Positions 8,553 through 18,729 of a stretch of DNA of 64,000 nt are shown piece after piece. The notes below the pieces were generated by a model. The model was not told where the DNA came from. It saw only the letters and a program-made list of their open reading frames with translations, and searched no databases. The translations under genes were made by a program, and so were the position numbers. Numbering within the stretch: position 1 is the stretch's first letter; the number at the start of each line of letters is the position of its first letter. The DNA is from Diplonema japonicum (taxonomy: Eukaryota; Protista; Euglenozoa: Diplonemea), in contig OZ025701.1 in NCBI GenBank assembly GCA_964019335.1, forward strand, positions 372,001-436,000. The letters are read 5' to 3'.

Positions 8553-11021
8553 CTATGACTTCCTACATTTGTTCTTTTGCATTCTTTGCGCGATGCGCTC
8601 CGCTGTAGCTTTCACCCCGTTGAACTTTAGCATTGCAGAGGTGTCTGCACCCATCGTCACCAGCTTGTCGTATACCTCCTTCACACCTTTAAGAGCAGCA
8701 AGGTGCAAGGGTGTCATCCCGTCGGAGTCGCGTGCTTCAAGATCTGTCCCCTTCAGCATGTCGAGTGCTTGCAGCACGGTGTCTGTCTGGAGGGTGGTGT
8801 TCGCTATAACAGAGTGCATGGCTGTCCGGTCTGTTTCGGACCTCAGATTAGGGTCACACTTCCCCATGCTGCTCATCAACAGCGAAATTATTTCCAGTAC
8901 CTCCTTGTCTCCTTCTCCGTTGTCACACTCCATTGCAGCTGCCATATGAAGGGGTGTCAGACCGCTTTGCCCGCATCCGGTGCTGGGGTCTGCTCCGAAA
9001 GTCAAAAGATGTTTCATGTTTTTCACTCGACAGCTCTGAACAGCACAGTGCAGAGCGTAGTACCCATCGCTGTTCTGCTTATTCTTCGCCATGCAGAGCT
9101 CGCCCGTCACCAGGGACAGCGGTTCCGCACCTATCAGAAGCTTTAGGATGTACTCGTTGCTACTCTTTGCAGCGAGGTGCACAGCACGGTCACCCTTCAC
9201 GGCCATCCACGAGTCGGCTGCTGGCATCTCTGCTTCCACGTCTGCCTTTGCTTTCAACAGGCTCATCACAGCTTGTTCCTTTTTCTGGCATATCGCAAGC
9301 ATCAACGGTGTGTACCCTTGCTTGTTCCTGGCATTGATGTCAAGCCCCAGTTGCACACCTTCACCCAGCAAGAACTCTACGCATTCATCGTGGCCCTTCG
9401 CCGCCGCCTGGTGCAGTGCTGTCCATCCAGAGGGCGATTTCTCGTTGATGTTTTCTTTGGTGGCACAGCTTTTCAGCGCCACAAGATTATTGGACCTTGC
9501 TGAGAGGACCACCAGGGGGTCGTGCTCATGGCCGCGAATGTTTGAGATCTGGTGTTGACTGAGGAAGTCCTCCCTGCCGAGGGGCCACACTTCCACATTG
9601 TAGTTCTCCATCACAACTTGTATCTGAGTAAGGTCGCCTGAGTTGAAGGTGCTGATCTTCCTGAAACGGCCAAGAGCGAAGAGCAGGACTTCTTTTTCTT
9701 TCTGGAGGACGCTGTAGTCGGACATCATTACGCCTTTGGCGTTTTCAATGACGAAGATGACCCGCCGGCCTACGGATCCGACAAAGCTCTTGTTCAACAC
9801 ACCCATTTCCTCTGTGCAGGAAGTCACGGCGGGGAACGTGAATTCCTCACCGTCCTTGATCATGTTGAAGTATTTCACGATGGCCCCTGTACGGTCGTGC
9901 ATACCTCGGTAGACGGTTCTAACATACGGCTTTTCCCTCCTGAACGCCTCCAGCAGGAAGCTCAGGTATGGGATGAAGGGTTGCAAGGAAGAACTACCGT
10001 TTCGAAGTCGCTGGTTGAGCAATCTATATAAAGCAATGGTCTCCTCAATACTGTATATAGTGAATGCCCTTCGGTGGTCGTTTGGTTCTTGTTTCACAGC
10101 GATGTCGTAGTGCTTGTGGATACGGGGTATGAAGTTTTTTAGAGGCTCGATGGCTTCTTTAAGAGTAGCCGGCGGTTTCATGTTGGTGAGAATGTCAACA
10201 ATGTTGAACATGGAACTCTTTGAGGACATTTGAACGGGGCTGGTGTCATCGCCCAAGTCATTTATCGACACGAAGATGAACTCCTCGATTTTCTCGTTGA
10301 TCATTCGCTTGGAAGGGTTTTCCACCACCATTTTCGAAATAAGGAGCCGTTCCTTGTCCGTCATGCCCTTTACCAAGCCAAGATCATGGATGAACAGCTT
10401 CATATCGACCGCCCATTTCACCCTGTTACCCTTCACCATAATGTTTTCAAACTCAGATGTTTCAACCCTCATGAATAATATTGTAATGCCGAACGCCCAC
10501 ACGTCTGATTGGATTGTCGCAATGCTCTCTATTTGTTCCGGTGCAGCGTATATGTTGGTATAGGTGGTTCTAACAGTTTTCTTTAAACAGATGTTTCCGA
10601 GGACGTACCTGGTGCGGCCCGCTCGCTCCTCGATGAAAATGTTTTTCGGGCAGATTTTCTGGTGTGCGAAGCCGATGTAGTGTAGAAAAGAAAACGCTTG
10701 AAAAATGTCGCGGGCTAGGCCCATGCTTGCCTGCAACGATGTAAACGGGCCGTTCGTTGTTTTGTACGCTTCCAGGTTTCCGAGAACATAGTATCTGGTA
10801 TAGATGAAAAAATGTTCGTCACTACTGATGTGAGTGAGCATCACTTCCAACGTGCGGTGGGTGTTTTCTTTGAGCTTTTCGAGCAGCCCAGCACGGACTT
10901 CTTGCATCTCCACCTTCTTCAGCATGGCCTTCTTCCCCTCCCATGTCGTGATTCCCACGTTTTGGCTATCGGTCATCTTCTTCACCTGCTCCTTGCTGCA
11001 AGGATCCATGAAGAAACTCAT
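8553..11021 (-). CDS. Pseudokinase - R-S-E ADP-ribosyltransferase - ankyrin repeat fusion protein (~822 aa)
   Basis: Kinase fold with APE and SDVWAFG but HRD replaced by HQK and DFG by NIC. ART domain with YRLLNQRLR, VYRG, FPAVTSCT and QKEKEVLL. C-terminal ankyrins. Likely ATG at 11021; the upstream K-rich stretch is UTR read-through. Confidence 0.85.
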   Translation of the reverse strand: MSFFMDPCSKEQVKKMTDSQNVGITTWEGKKAMLKKVEMQEVRAGLLEKLKENTHRTLEVMLTHISSDEHFFIYTRYYVLGNLEAYKTTNGPFTSLQASMGLARDIFQAFSFLHYIGFAHQKICPKNIFIEERAGRTRYVLGNICLKKTVRTTYTNIYAAPEQIESIATIQSDVWAFGITILFMRVETSEFENIMVKGNRVKWAVDMKLFIHDLGLVKGMTDKERLLISKMVVENPSKRMINEKIEEFIFVSINDLGDDTSPVQMSSKSSMFNIVDILTNMKPPATLKEAIEPLKNFIPRIHKHYDIAVKQEPNDHRRAFTIYSIEETIALYRLLNQRLRNGSSSLQPFIPYLSFLLEAFRREKPYVRTVYRGMHDRTGAIVKYFNMIKDGEEFTFPAVTSCTEEMGVLNKSFVGSVGRRVIFVIENAKGVMMSDYSVLQKEKEVLLFALGRFRKISTFNSGDLTQIQVVMENYNVEVWPLGREDFLSQHQISNIRGHEHDPLVVLSARSNNLVALKSCATKENINEKSPSGWTALHQAAAKGHDECVEFLLGEGVQLGLDINARNKQGYTPLMLAICQKKEQAVMSLLKAKADVEAEMPAADSWMAVKGDRAVHLAAKSSNEYILKLLIGAEPLSLVTGELCMAKNKQNSDGYYALHCAVQSCRVKNMKHLLTFGADPSTGCGQSGLTPLHMAAAMECDNGEGDKEVLEIISLLMSSMGKCDPNLRSETDRTAMHSVIANTTLQTDTVLQALDMLKGTDLEARDSDGMTPLHLAALKGVKEVYDKLVTMGADTSAMLKFNGVKATAERIAQRMQKNKCRKS

Positions 11022-11119
11022 CTCAACTTTTCTTTTCCCTCCCCCCCCTTTTTTTTTCTTTGAACAAAAAAAAATCGAATCTCGTTTTCTTTTTTTTTTT
11101 TTTTTTTTTTGAGAAAAAA

Positions 11120-11750
11120 ACAACGTCCACGGTAACCAAATAACTTTTTTTCCACTCAAGTCTGTAAGCAGAATTTCCACCACTGTTTACGGTAACCCAC
11201 AACTTTTTTTTCCACTCTCCACGGTAACCTACAACTTTTTTTTCCACTCAAATGGTTTTTTGTAAAAAATTTCCACTCTCCACGGTAACCTATTTTTATT
11301 TCCACCAAACCATGTAAGTAAGAACTTTTTTTCCACCGTCCACGGAAACCCACAACTTTTTTTTCAACGTCCACGGTGGAGGTGTATGCACTTGGGAAAA
11401 ACGTGTAGGCACAACCAGGGCTCGAAAAAAGACACTAAGAATTTCTCCTGGAAGTTGGCAAGGGCGATTTCCAAAGACGATTTAAAGCCAAAGCCGAGGT
11501 ATCTGGCGTCTGATGTACTTCTCCACCCCTCGCCCCCCTGCCTGTGAAGGATATGCCAAGGATGACTTCAAGCCCCCTGTTGTCACGAAGTCACAGATAG
11601 GCAGTGCTGTGCTACATTTCGTACTAACCCCAATGAGGTATAAAAATGTCGGAGGTTACCGTGGACGGTGGAAAAAAAGTTAGTGGTTGCATAAGGGAAA
11701 TTGTTGGTGGTTACAGTAAAAAGTGGAAAAAAAGTTGTAGGTTTAAGGCG
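11120..11750. mobile_element. Foldback-like element with inverted arrays of a ~30-bp unit (TTTTTTCCACNNTCCACGGTAACCNACAAC)
   Basis: About 6-7 degenerate units at 11120-11380 and 2-3 inverted units at 11654-11743, around a ~270-bp unique core. Confidence 0.6.
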
Positions 11751-11808
11751 ACGGTGTCCCCCCCCTTTTTTTTTTTTTTTTTTTTTTCCCCTTCGTTCCC
11801 CTTCTCTC

Positions 11809-12057
11809 CTATTTACGTGTATTTTGTTGAAGGTCAACGTTTTCCTGTAGCAATTGAAAGGCTAGGCGCTCTGCTTGGTCCCTTTGTTCTTCCGCTACTG
11901 CTATTCTGTCCCTGTCAGAGGCGGTCAGCTCCTCTTCGGAGGGATCGGGTTTTCGGGTGGTAATGCAGTGGAGAACCGAAACCACCACTGTTGCGGTAAC
12001 CCACAAGACAAGTGCTTTATCGCAAGGCCGTTCACCCAAGGCTGCGACAGCATCCAT
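11809..12057 (-). CDS. Small hypothetical protein with one hydrophobic segment and a coiled-coil tail
   Basis: 82-aa ATG-started ORF on the gene strand, with coding-like composition between low-complexity flanks. Confidence 0.45.
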   Translation of the reverse strand: MDAVAALGERPCDKALVLWVTATVVVSVLHCITTRKPDPSEEELTASDRDRIAVAEEQRDQAERLAFQLLQENVDLQQNTRK

Positions 12058-12100
12058 TTCCCCTCTGTTGTTTTCGTAATGTATGGGGAGGGGGGAATTT

Positions 12101-12141
<41 letters not shown>

Positions 12142-12166
12142 GAATCTCCTTTTGTGCAAAGGGGGG

Positions 12167-12511
12167 CTAGCTCGAATCGCTGTCGCTATCATTCTCAACA
12201 GTCAGAAAAAGCTTCTTGAAATATTTGATGTGTTTTGCGGTGAGGGTGTCCAGGGTGAGGTCCTCGCAAGCCATTCCTTCCTCGACCAGAGAAAGGAAGT
12301 TTTCCTCTGTGAAAATTCTTTCTGCGTGGTACTGCTTCCTGGCAATCACCTCCTTCACGATTTCAGAGCCACATTTTTCGATGATTTCCTTGACTTCTGC
12401 AACAGTCAGCTTCCCGTCTCCATCGTCACTTTCCATTTTTTTAAAGATGCTCAATAGTCGGTTGGTGGCCTTCTCCTTGCCCAATGGTTTTGTTTTGGCC
12501 TCATCTTTCAT
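12167..12511 (-). CDS. Small EF-hand-like protein
   Basis: FKKMESDDGDGKLTVAEVKEII is an EF-hand-like helix-loop-helix. Confidence 0.6.
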   Translation of the reverse strand: MKDEAKTKPLGKEKATNRLLSIFKKMESDDGDGKLTVAEVKEIIEKCGSEIVKEVIARKQYHAERIFTEENFLSLVEEGMACEDLTLDTLTAKHIKYFKKLFLTVENDSDSDSS

Positions 12512-13435
12512 TACCTCGTTCTTTTTTTCCCTCCTCCCTTTTTTTTTTTCTTGTTATGTAGGTGACAAAAAATAAAATAAAAAGGGGGGTAAAAAAAAGG
12601 GGGGGGGAGGGGGGGAAGGGAGAGCTGTTGAGGAGGGATAGATGAGAAAATAATGGAGAAAAAAAAAATCAAAACATCAAAAAAAAAAAGAACCCAAAAG
12701 AAAAAGTCGAAAGAAAAAAAAAAAGTGTTGCCTCAGTCTTGTGCAAAAGTTGTTTTTTTTTTTTTTTCCCTTTTTTTCCCCCGACATACTTTTGGTTTTT
12801 TTTTCTTTTTTTTTTCTTTTTTTTTCCCTTTTCGGTTTTTTCTTGCCAGTTTTTTTATTTCTAGAATAAGGGGGAATGTGGGGAGGAAGAAAAAAAAGGG
12901 GGGGGGGGAAATATGATAAAAAAAATGAAGAGACATAAAAAAAAAAGGGGGAAGGGAGGAAACACCAAAATAAAAAAAAGATAAAAAAAAAGGGGTTTTT
13001 TTATGTAAAAAAAAAATAATGACTGTCCCCCCACCCCACTCTGGGGAAAAAAAAACAATTACTGCAGGTGAAAAACGTCGGGCTGACAAATATCCTGACA
13101 GGAAAAGCTTCCGGACCAATGATATTCCTAAATTCCACCCCCCCCCCCCCAAAAAATAACATCTCCAGTGGCCTTCAACAAAACCTTTACCGACATATTT
13201 CCCGGGACCACATTTGCCACCTTTTCATACAGTAATAATAAAAAAAAAGAAAAAAATAGCATGACCTCTTTTTTTTTTTTAAAATAATTATGAAAAAAAA
13301 AAAAAAAAAAAACTCTCACGATAAAAAGAAAAAAAGAAAAAAAAAAACCGCGTTTTATGGAGAGGACTGGTGGGGGGCTGACAAGAAAAAAATATAAAAA
13401 AAGGGGGGGTTTTTTTTTTTGTGTTTTCTTCATTC

Positions 13436-14059
13436 TCAAGCCTGCTGCGACCTGATGTACTGGATTTTCTTCGTCTGAAACCCGTTGAAGGCGGAGGCAG
13501 CTGCTAACGTGTAGGCGCCAAAGTCGTAAAAGATCATCCAATCACCAAGCTACAATTTTTTTTTTTTTTTTTTTTTTTTTTTCCCCACACACCTCCATTT
13601 CTGGGAAGTCAATTCTCTTAGCAATGCAGTCCAACCCGTCGCATGTCGGCCCGAAGATGGTGGTGCACCTCTTCTCAGCGTCCTTCTCATCCTCGGGTTT
13701 CATGAAGAAAGGGTGCGCATCCACAATAGCATGATCAAAGAACAAACAATTGAAACTCTGGTAAACTCCTTCGTTCAAATAGTACTGAACTTCCTGCTTT
13801 GTGGATCCCGACACCTCGTCTTCCACAAAGCTGATCTCCCTCTTGGCGAATACGTTGGCAGCCAAGGTGTGCGAGGCACACGCGAAATATCTACCAGGCT
13901 CTGCGATAATCTGCACATCATTTGGGAACAGCTCGTCCAGCACGGGAGCAAGGTGGTTCGCAATCTCCTTGAACGTCGGTTTAGTCTCCTTGTCACCGGG
14001 GAACCCTCCACCGATGTCGAGGAGGTCCATCTGAAAAAAAAAGATTTTTTTTTTTTGAG

Positions 14060-14092
<33 letters not shown>

Positions 14093-14568
14093 GATGCCTC
14101 TTTCCTCTGCCATGTCGAATACGGTTCTGGCGTCCTTTGCAGCTTGCGAGAAGGCAGTGGCGTCTCCGCAGCCCGACCCCACGTGGAAGCTGACACCGAC
14201 GAGTTTCAAACCAAGCTGGACGCAAGTGTCGATGAGCTTTGGAACGTACGACAGTTGCGCACCGTACTTTGACGAGAACTCGCAGATGCTCTTGGAGTCG
14301 TCCGTAACAATTCTCAAGACAACGTTGGCCCCCGGCCAGTGTTTGCAGATCTTCGGGAGCTCCGCTTCGTTGTCGAAGGTGACGTATTTCAAACCGTGCG
14401 AAGCGGCGGATTTGATGTGAGCAACCTGCTTGCAAGGGTTCGCAAAGATGATGTCCTGGGCTGGGTCCATCTTCAGGTCCTGCAGAACATGTTCAAACTC
14501 CGCCTTGCTGGCACAATCGAAACCTGTACCAAGCGCAGCAAGTGTGTCAAGAAGAACTGGGGCGCCCT

Positions 14569-14603
<35 letters not shown>

Positions 14604-15979
14604 TATGAGCTCGTCCGGAAAAGAATGTCAACAAATGACCCTCCTATGCGGCGGAAAACCCCCGTTAAATTTCTAAGTAGAAAAGTAGTCCGACACCACT
14701 TTGTGTGCAGAAATGCAGTCTAAGCTTGATCACCATATAGGTCAAAATGCTCGCCGTTTGTTTTATTTTTAAAACGCACGTGCAAAAACATATGTTTTTT
14801 AGAATGGTTTTTGGCAAACGATTCAATTTGGAAGTTACAAATAACCCAGACTCCATTTTTTATTTTCGTTTTTCCGTGAAAAGCGACAGGAGGAATGGAC
14901 GCAGATTGAAAATCTGTGAAACCTTTGGGGTCATTTTGGGTGGGCTGGACTCTAAATCACTATTAAAATGGGGTGGGAGAACTTACCCTTAATGTGCCAT
15001 TTTGGCCTATTTAAGGCTAAAATCCCTTTAAAACCCCTTAAAAAAGCAAGTTTTTCACTTTTAAAGTATTATGAGTGCAGAAGAAAAGGAAAAACCTCAG
15101 CAGATGGGTAGAGAATGAAAGTTTGACCCCAAAGAAACCAATGTCGAAGCTCTGCATGAGCAGGCAAGTGTTAAGAATTGGTTTTTCTGAAAAAGGCCAA
15201 AATCCCTTAGGAGCCCCTTAAAAAAGCCAAAAAATAGGGTGTAAAAAACCGGATTTTCGGGGGCTATGCGGCGCCATATATTTTTCGCAGTACTTTTAAC
15301 AGTAACCCGACCCTGGGTTGTACCCAAGGGTCACAAGTGCGCTTGATCACCAATTTTATGCACCCTAGATGCTGCATTTTAAGCAATAAAATTGCATTTT
15401 AAACATTTTTCGCCGTTTTTCTGACCTCTATTTTTCGCTTCCCGGGGGCAGCCGGTTGCAAAGCCTGCCACCCTCATGGCAAAACAAGTATCGCAATTGA
15501 AAGAACGGCGTCATGTACATCTTCCTATGGTTGCATGCTGCCCTTTTTTTTGCTCAAATAATCAAAACAAGAAATTTTCGGAGGTGCCCAAAAAAGTGTT
15601 GACATTTTCGTCCGGACGAGCTCATATATTTTTTTTTTGAACTTACGTTGCATTTGTATGCGTAGAAGGGCCTGACCCTAGGGAGGAATTCGATCCACTG
15701 TCTGATCTGTTGTTCGATTACCCCGATGTCGACGATGAAGAAGGGTTCCTCCATTGGGTCCTCTGGCGTTGAGAACTGGTTCATCACGTTGCGGCAGTAC
15801 GCCTTTGTTTCGTCTTCATTGAGCCCGAGACCGGTTTTGTTCTTTGTTTCAACCATGTCTGCTTCGTACTTGCGAGCGACCTCGTTCACCCTCTCTGTGG
15901 GGATTTTTTTTTTTTTTTTTTTTTTTTGAATTTATATACCCGAGATGTTTTCAGGCCACCATTGCTTGAAGGCTGCCAT
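13436..15979 (-). CDS. ODC: Ornithine decarboxylase, 5 exons (15940-15979, 15647-15894, 14090-14566, 13593-14030, 13436-13549), 438 aa
   Basis: Motifs PFYAYKCN (PLP lysine), FDCASKAE, IFANPCK, FHVGSG, DIGGGF, AEPGRYF, FGPTCDGLD and GAYT. Four GT-AG introns (45, 1080, 59 and 43 nt) restore one frame. Confidence 0.95.
14601..15629. mobile_element. Non-autonomous DNA transposon (MITE-like, ~1.03 kb) inside ODC intron 2
   Basis: Terminal inverted repeats ATATATGAGCTCGTCCGGA (19 bp perfect, ~33 bp with 3 mismatches). No credible ORF. Inserted in the homopolymer run of an otherwise ~50-nt intron. The TSD is AT-rich and ambiguous. Confidence 0.85.
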
Positions 15980-16494
15980 CGCAAACACAAGTCTTTGTCA
16001 AAAGGGAAAAGAACAGAGAAGAAGAAGGAAAAAAAAAAGGGGGAGTTTTTTTTTTTGTTTTGAAAAAAAAGTGGGGAAAAGAAAAAAAAACAGCTCTCCT
16101 ACCGAGTTACGAAGGGAGAAAAAAAAAAGGAAATTGACAAGGGGGTTATAAAAAAAACGGGGTTTTTTTTTTTCCGAAGTGTCTTTTCGAGAGAGAAAAA
16201 AAGTGAGAGTTTTTGGCTTTTTTTTTTATTATTAAAATGAAGAAATTAAAACTTTTTTACGAGAATTAGTTTTCTAAGATTTCTAACAGGCAACAGGTAA
16301 TGTACTGTCTTCTGCAAAAAAAAGGGGGGGGTGTTTTTATTTTTTATTTTTTTAAAAAGAAAAACAATAAAAACAAACCTGCTACTGCGTATTCAAATTC
16401 GGGTTATTACTCGATGTCAGATGCCATGCCCCCAAAAAAAAATCCTTTTTTTTGTTGTTGTTTTACGTGTTGTTGTTGTTTTTAAACAGCAAGG

Positions 16495-16549
<55 letters not shown>

Positions 16550-16552
<3 letters not shown>

Positions 16553-16991
16553 AAAGTACAGGACAAGCCCCCCGCTACGAGGGCCGCCCTATGGGAGGGG
16601 GGGGGGTCTATCTGTTAATACTCCCCTTCTGGAGCATTGTTTTCATCCCGATTGAGGCCGTGAGCGTCTTGCGGAGTCGTGTGATGCGGTCCCGCTTGTA
16701 GTCGGCTTTCAATTCCATTAGCTTGTCGTGCGTGGAGCGGGTGGCGAAAATAGGCCTCCTGGAGAAACCAATAGCTGCCTTTCCTCCAATGGCGATGAGG
16801 GACTTCACTCTTTTTCTCTCGTCCGCTGGGAAGGGGCGTCGCTTCTTCCGTGCCCTGCATGCTGTGTTTATCTTTACGATGAGAGCTTTGATTCTGCGCG
16901 CCCTATCTTCCAGCAGGCCACCCAAAGACTTTCCGGTCGTCCATTCGAAGTCAACGACACCTCCGAGGTGGTGTCCTTCTCCACCCAGCGC
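16550..16991 (-). mobile_element. 442-bp truncated mobile element with an ORF 3' end and a 79-bp terminal hairpin, inside an A/T homopolymer
   Basis: Flanked by A52 and A27 on the plus strand. An open basic frame with no ATG start ends at TAG 16608. The terminal ~79 bp recur at 28864..28942. Confidence 0.7.
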
Positions 16992-17051
16992 AAAAAAAAA
17001 AAAAAAAAAAAAAAAAAACGTTTTTGACTATCCACCTTCCCTGTCAAATTT

Positions 17052-17551
17052 TTATTTGTTCCGTAGTTTCTGTGCGACCTTCGATGCTAACGAAGGTAGC
17101 CCGGTGCTACGCGGCACCCGATCTCTCCCCTCTTCTTTCATTTGCTTGAGATATTGACGCATTCTGTTGTATTTTTTTTCTTCTTTTTTTTTCTTTTTTT
17201 TTAAATTCGCTACCTCGAATATTTGTTCACGCTCAACTCATGCAAGTAGTCCCACCCATATATCCCAGTTTTGTGTCCATCAGAGAACTCCACTGTAACC
17301 GCGTAGTTCCCAACCTGCCACATGTTTTCTATCGTGACTCCTTTCTTCCCGAAGACTAGTTTCTTTTGGCTTTCGTGGTGCCCCACTGCGTCAGCCGATG
17401 TGGTATGCACCCTCAGGTACTCTGCCAGTAGAATGTGCTTCACTTCATCACCGCTGAACCCTACTTCCAGCTGCTTTCTCCCCTTCTTCACTCGCAGCGA
17501 GTTCACAACATGACCCACGCCCGACAGCCTGCATGCCGTCGCCCTCAACAT
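17052..17551 (-). CDS. DUF971 / GBBH-like N-terminal domain protein, probably mitochondrial; intron 17164..17213
   Basis: AEYLRV..SA, VGNYAV...FSDGHKTGIYGWDYL motifs. The spliced tail RMRQYLKQMKEEGRDR fits the family. MLRATACRL presequence. Confidence 0.85.
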
Positions 17552-17675
17552 TGGGAGTTTTTTTTTTTGTGTTCCCCCCCCCCCCCCCCCCCCCCTCTGA
17601 ATACATATTAAATTACGCCGTAAAAGAAAATAAAAATAAAAAAGAAGAAAAAAAACTTTCGAAAAATAACAATTG

Positions 17676-18608
17676 TCAGCGCCCGCGTCCAGCTCGTTTG
17701 CTGGGGTCCTTTTTTTCGATGTTCCTGACCTGCCCCTTGTTGACCACGGAGTCCTGGTAGAAGGGGCCTGTGTCAATGGGGTTTACGGTGGACTTCACAT
17801 GTCGCATCTCCACCGTCATGGGGTACTCTCTGAAGCCGACGACAGGGACAACACCGGTCGGTGGTAATGAGGTGAAGGTTGCGGAGATGGTTCTTGTGGT
17901 GATGCGGAGGGTGAGCTCATCCATGTCACATGTTAGGGTGAAAATGTCACCACTTTTACGGAGGGGGGGCAACCGTGCACGGAGCTTTTCGTTGTGCCAG
18001 AGAGAGCCCATGTCTGTGACGACCCATGCCTTGGGCGCCTCGCTGCCCCATGCGAGGTTTTCGTGTAAGTTTATCGACGGGATGGCCACCCCTACCCTTG
18101 CAGCACGAGTGTTCCCTGTCAGTCTCAGTTCCCATGTATGTGACCCTCTTGTGAGCATTGCCCCTGCCATCGCGCTGCACCATGGCTTTGTTTGAACATT
18201 CCGGGTCACATCGAAACCTTCGCTGTCTAGTGTGCACTCCGAGTCCACCACACGCCAGGTCCATGGCCCGCCGCTTCCTTTCCAACTGTTCAGCAGCCGC
18301 ACTTCGTTTTCCTTCCGTCCGTCCCAAGCACCCGTTGCAAGCGCTTTCATTTCCCTCCCCTTCGTGGTGTCTTGATGTGTTTCCGCTTGCCACTTGTGTG
18401 TAATCGGCATCTGCCGCTGATCCCAAGCCGTCTCCCCGTGTTCCCGTCCGTCCAACGAGTCCCACATGTCAGGCACCCCTGTCACAAACGGGTTCTGCTG
18501 TTTCGGTTTCTGCACAGGGGGTTTTCTTTCAAGATGTTGCTGTGCCGTGTTTGGTTGTCTCCTGTGGTGGTGTCCCGCAACGAGACGCCGCATATTCCGC
18601 CGGAGCAT
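17676..18608 (-). CDS. SPRY/B30.2-like domain protein, probably mitochondrial
   Basis: GSHTWELRL...RVGVA...SGDIFTLTCDMDELTL...VVPVVGF pattern, with MLRRNMRR presequence. Confidence 0.65.
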   Translation of the reverse strand: MLRRNMRRLVAGHHHRRQPNTAQQHLERKPPVQKPKQQNPFVTGVPDMWDSLDGREHGETAWDQRQMPITHKWQAETHQDTTKGREMKALATGAWDGRKENEVRLLNSWKGSGGPWTWRVVDSECTLDSEGFDVTRNVQTKPWCSAMAGAMLTRGSHTWELRLTGNTRAARVGVAIPSINLHENLAWGSEAPKAWVVTDMGSLWHNEKLRARLPPLRKSGDIFTLTCDMDELTLRITTRTISATFTSLPPTGVVPVVGFREYPMTVEMRHVKSTVNPIDTGPFYQDSVVNKGQVRNIEKKDPSKRAGRGR

Positions 18609-18729
18609 TCTTCCCCGCCTCTCTGTGATGTCTAAATGGTAGCAACAAGGAGGTCGCAAGTGGACGTTGCCCTCGTACAGAAGTACACTATAAGGGGTGG
18701 ATGTGAGGGTTTTGTGTTACTTGTAAAAG

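Larger units (their letters stand above)
6478..9520. repeat. Near-identical ~990-bp direct duplication (6478..7470 vs 8528..9520, offset 2050)
   Basis: Overlapping ORFs in several frames translate identically (6653..7096 = 8703..9146; 6883..7287 = 8933..9337). I see only a few substitutions near the ends. The copy includes the stop codon and ~25 nt of 3' flank. Confidence 0.95.

Noticed and set aside
11120-11380. Possible CRISPR array
   Set aside because: The units are degenerate and nearly contiguous, with no unique constant-length spacers; there are no cas genes and the context is eukaryotic.
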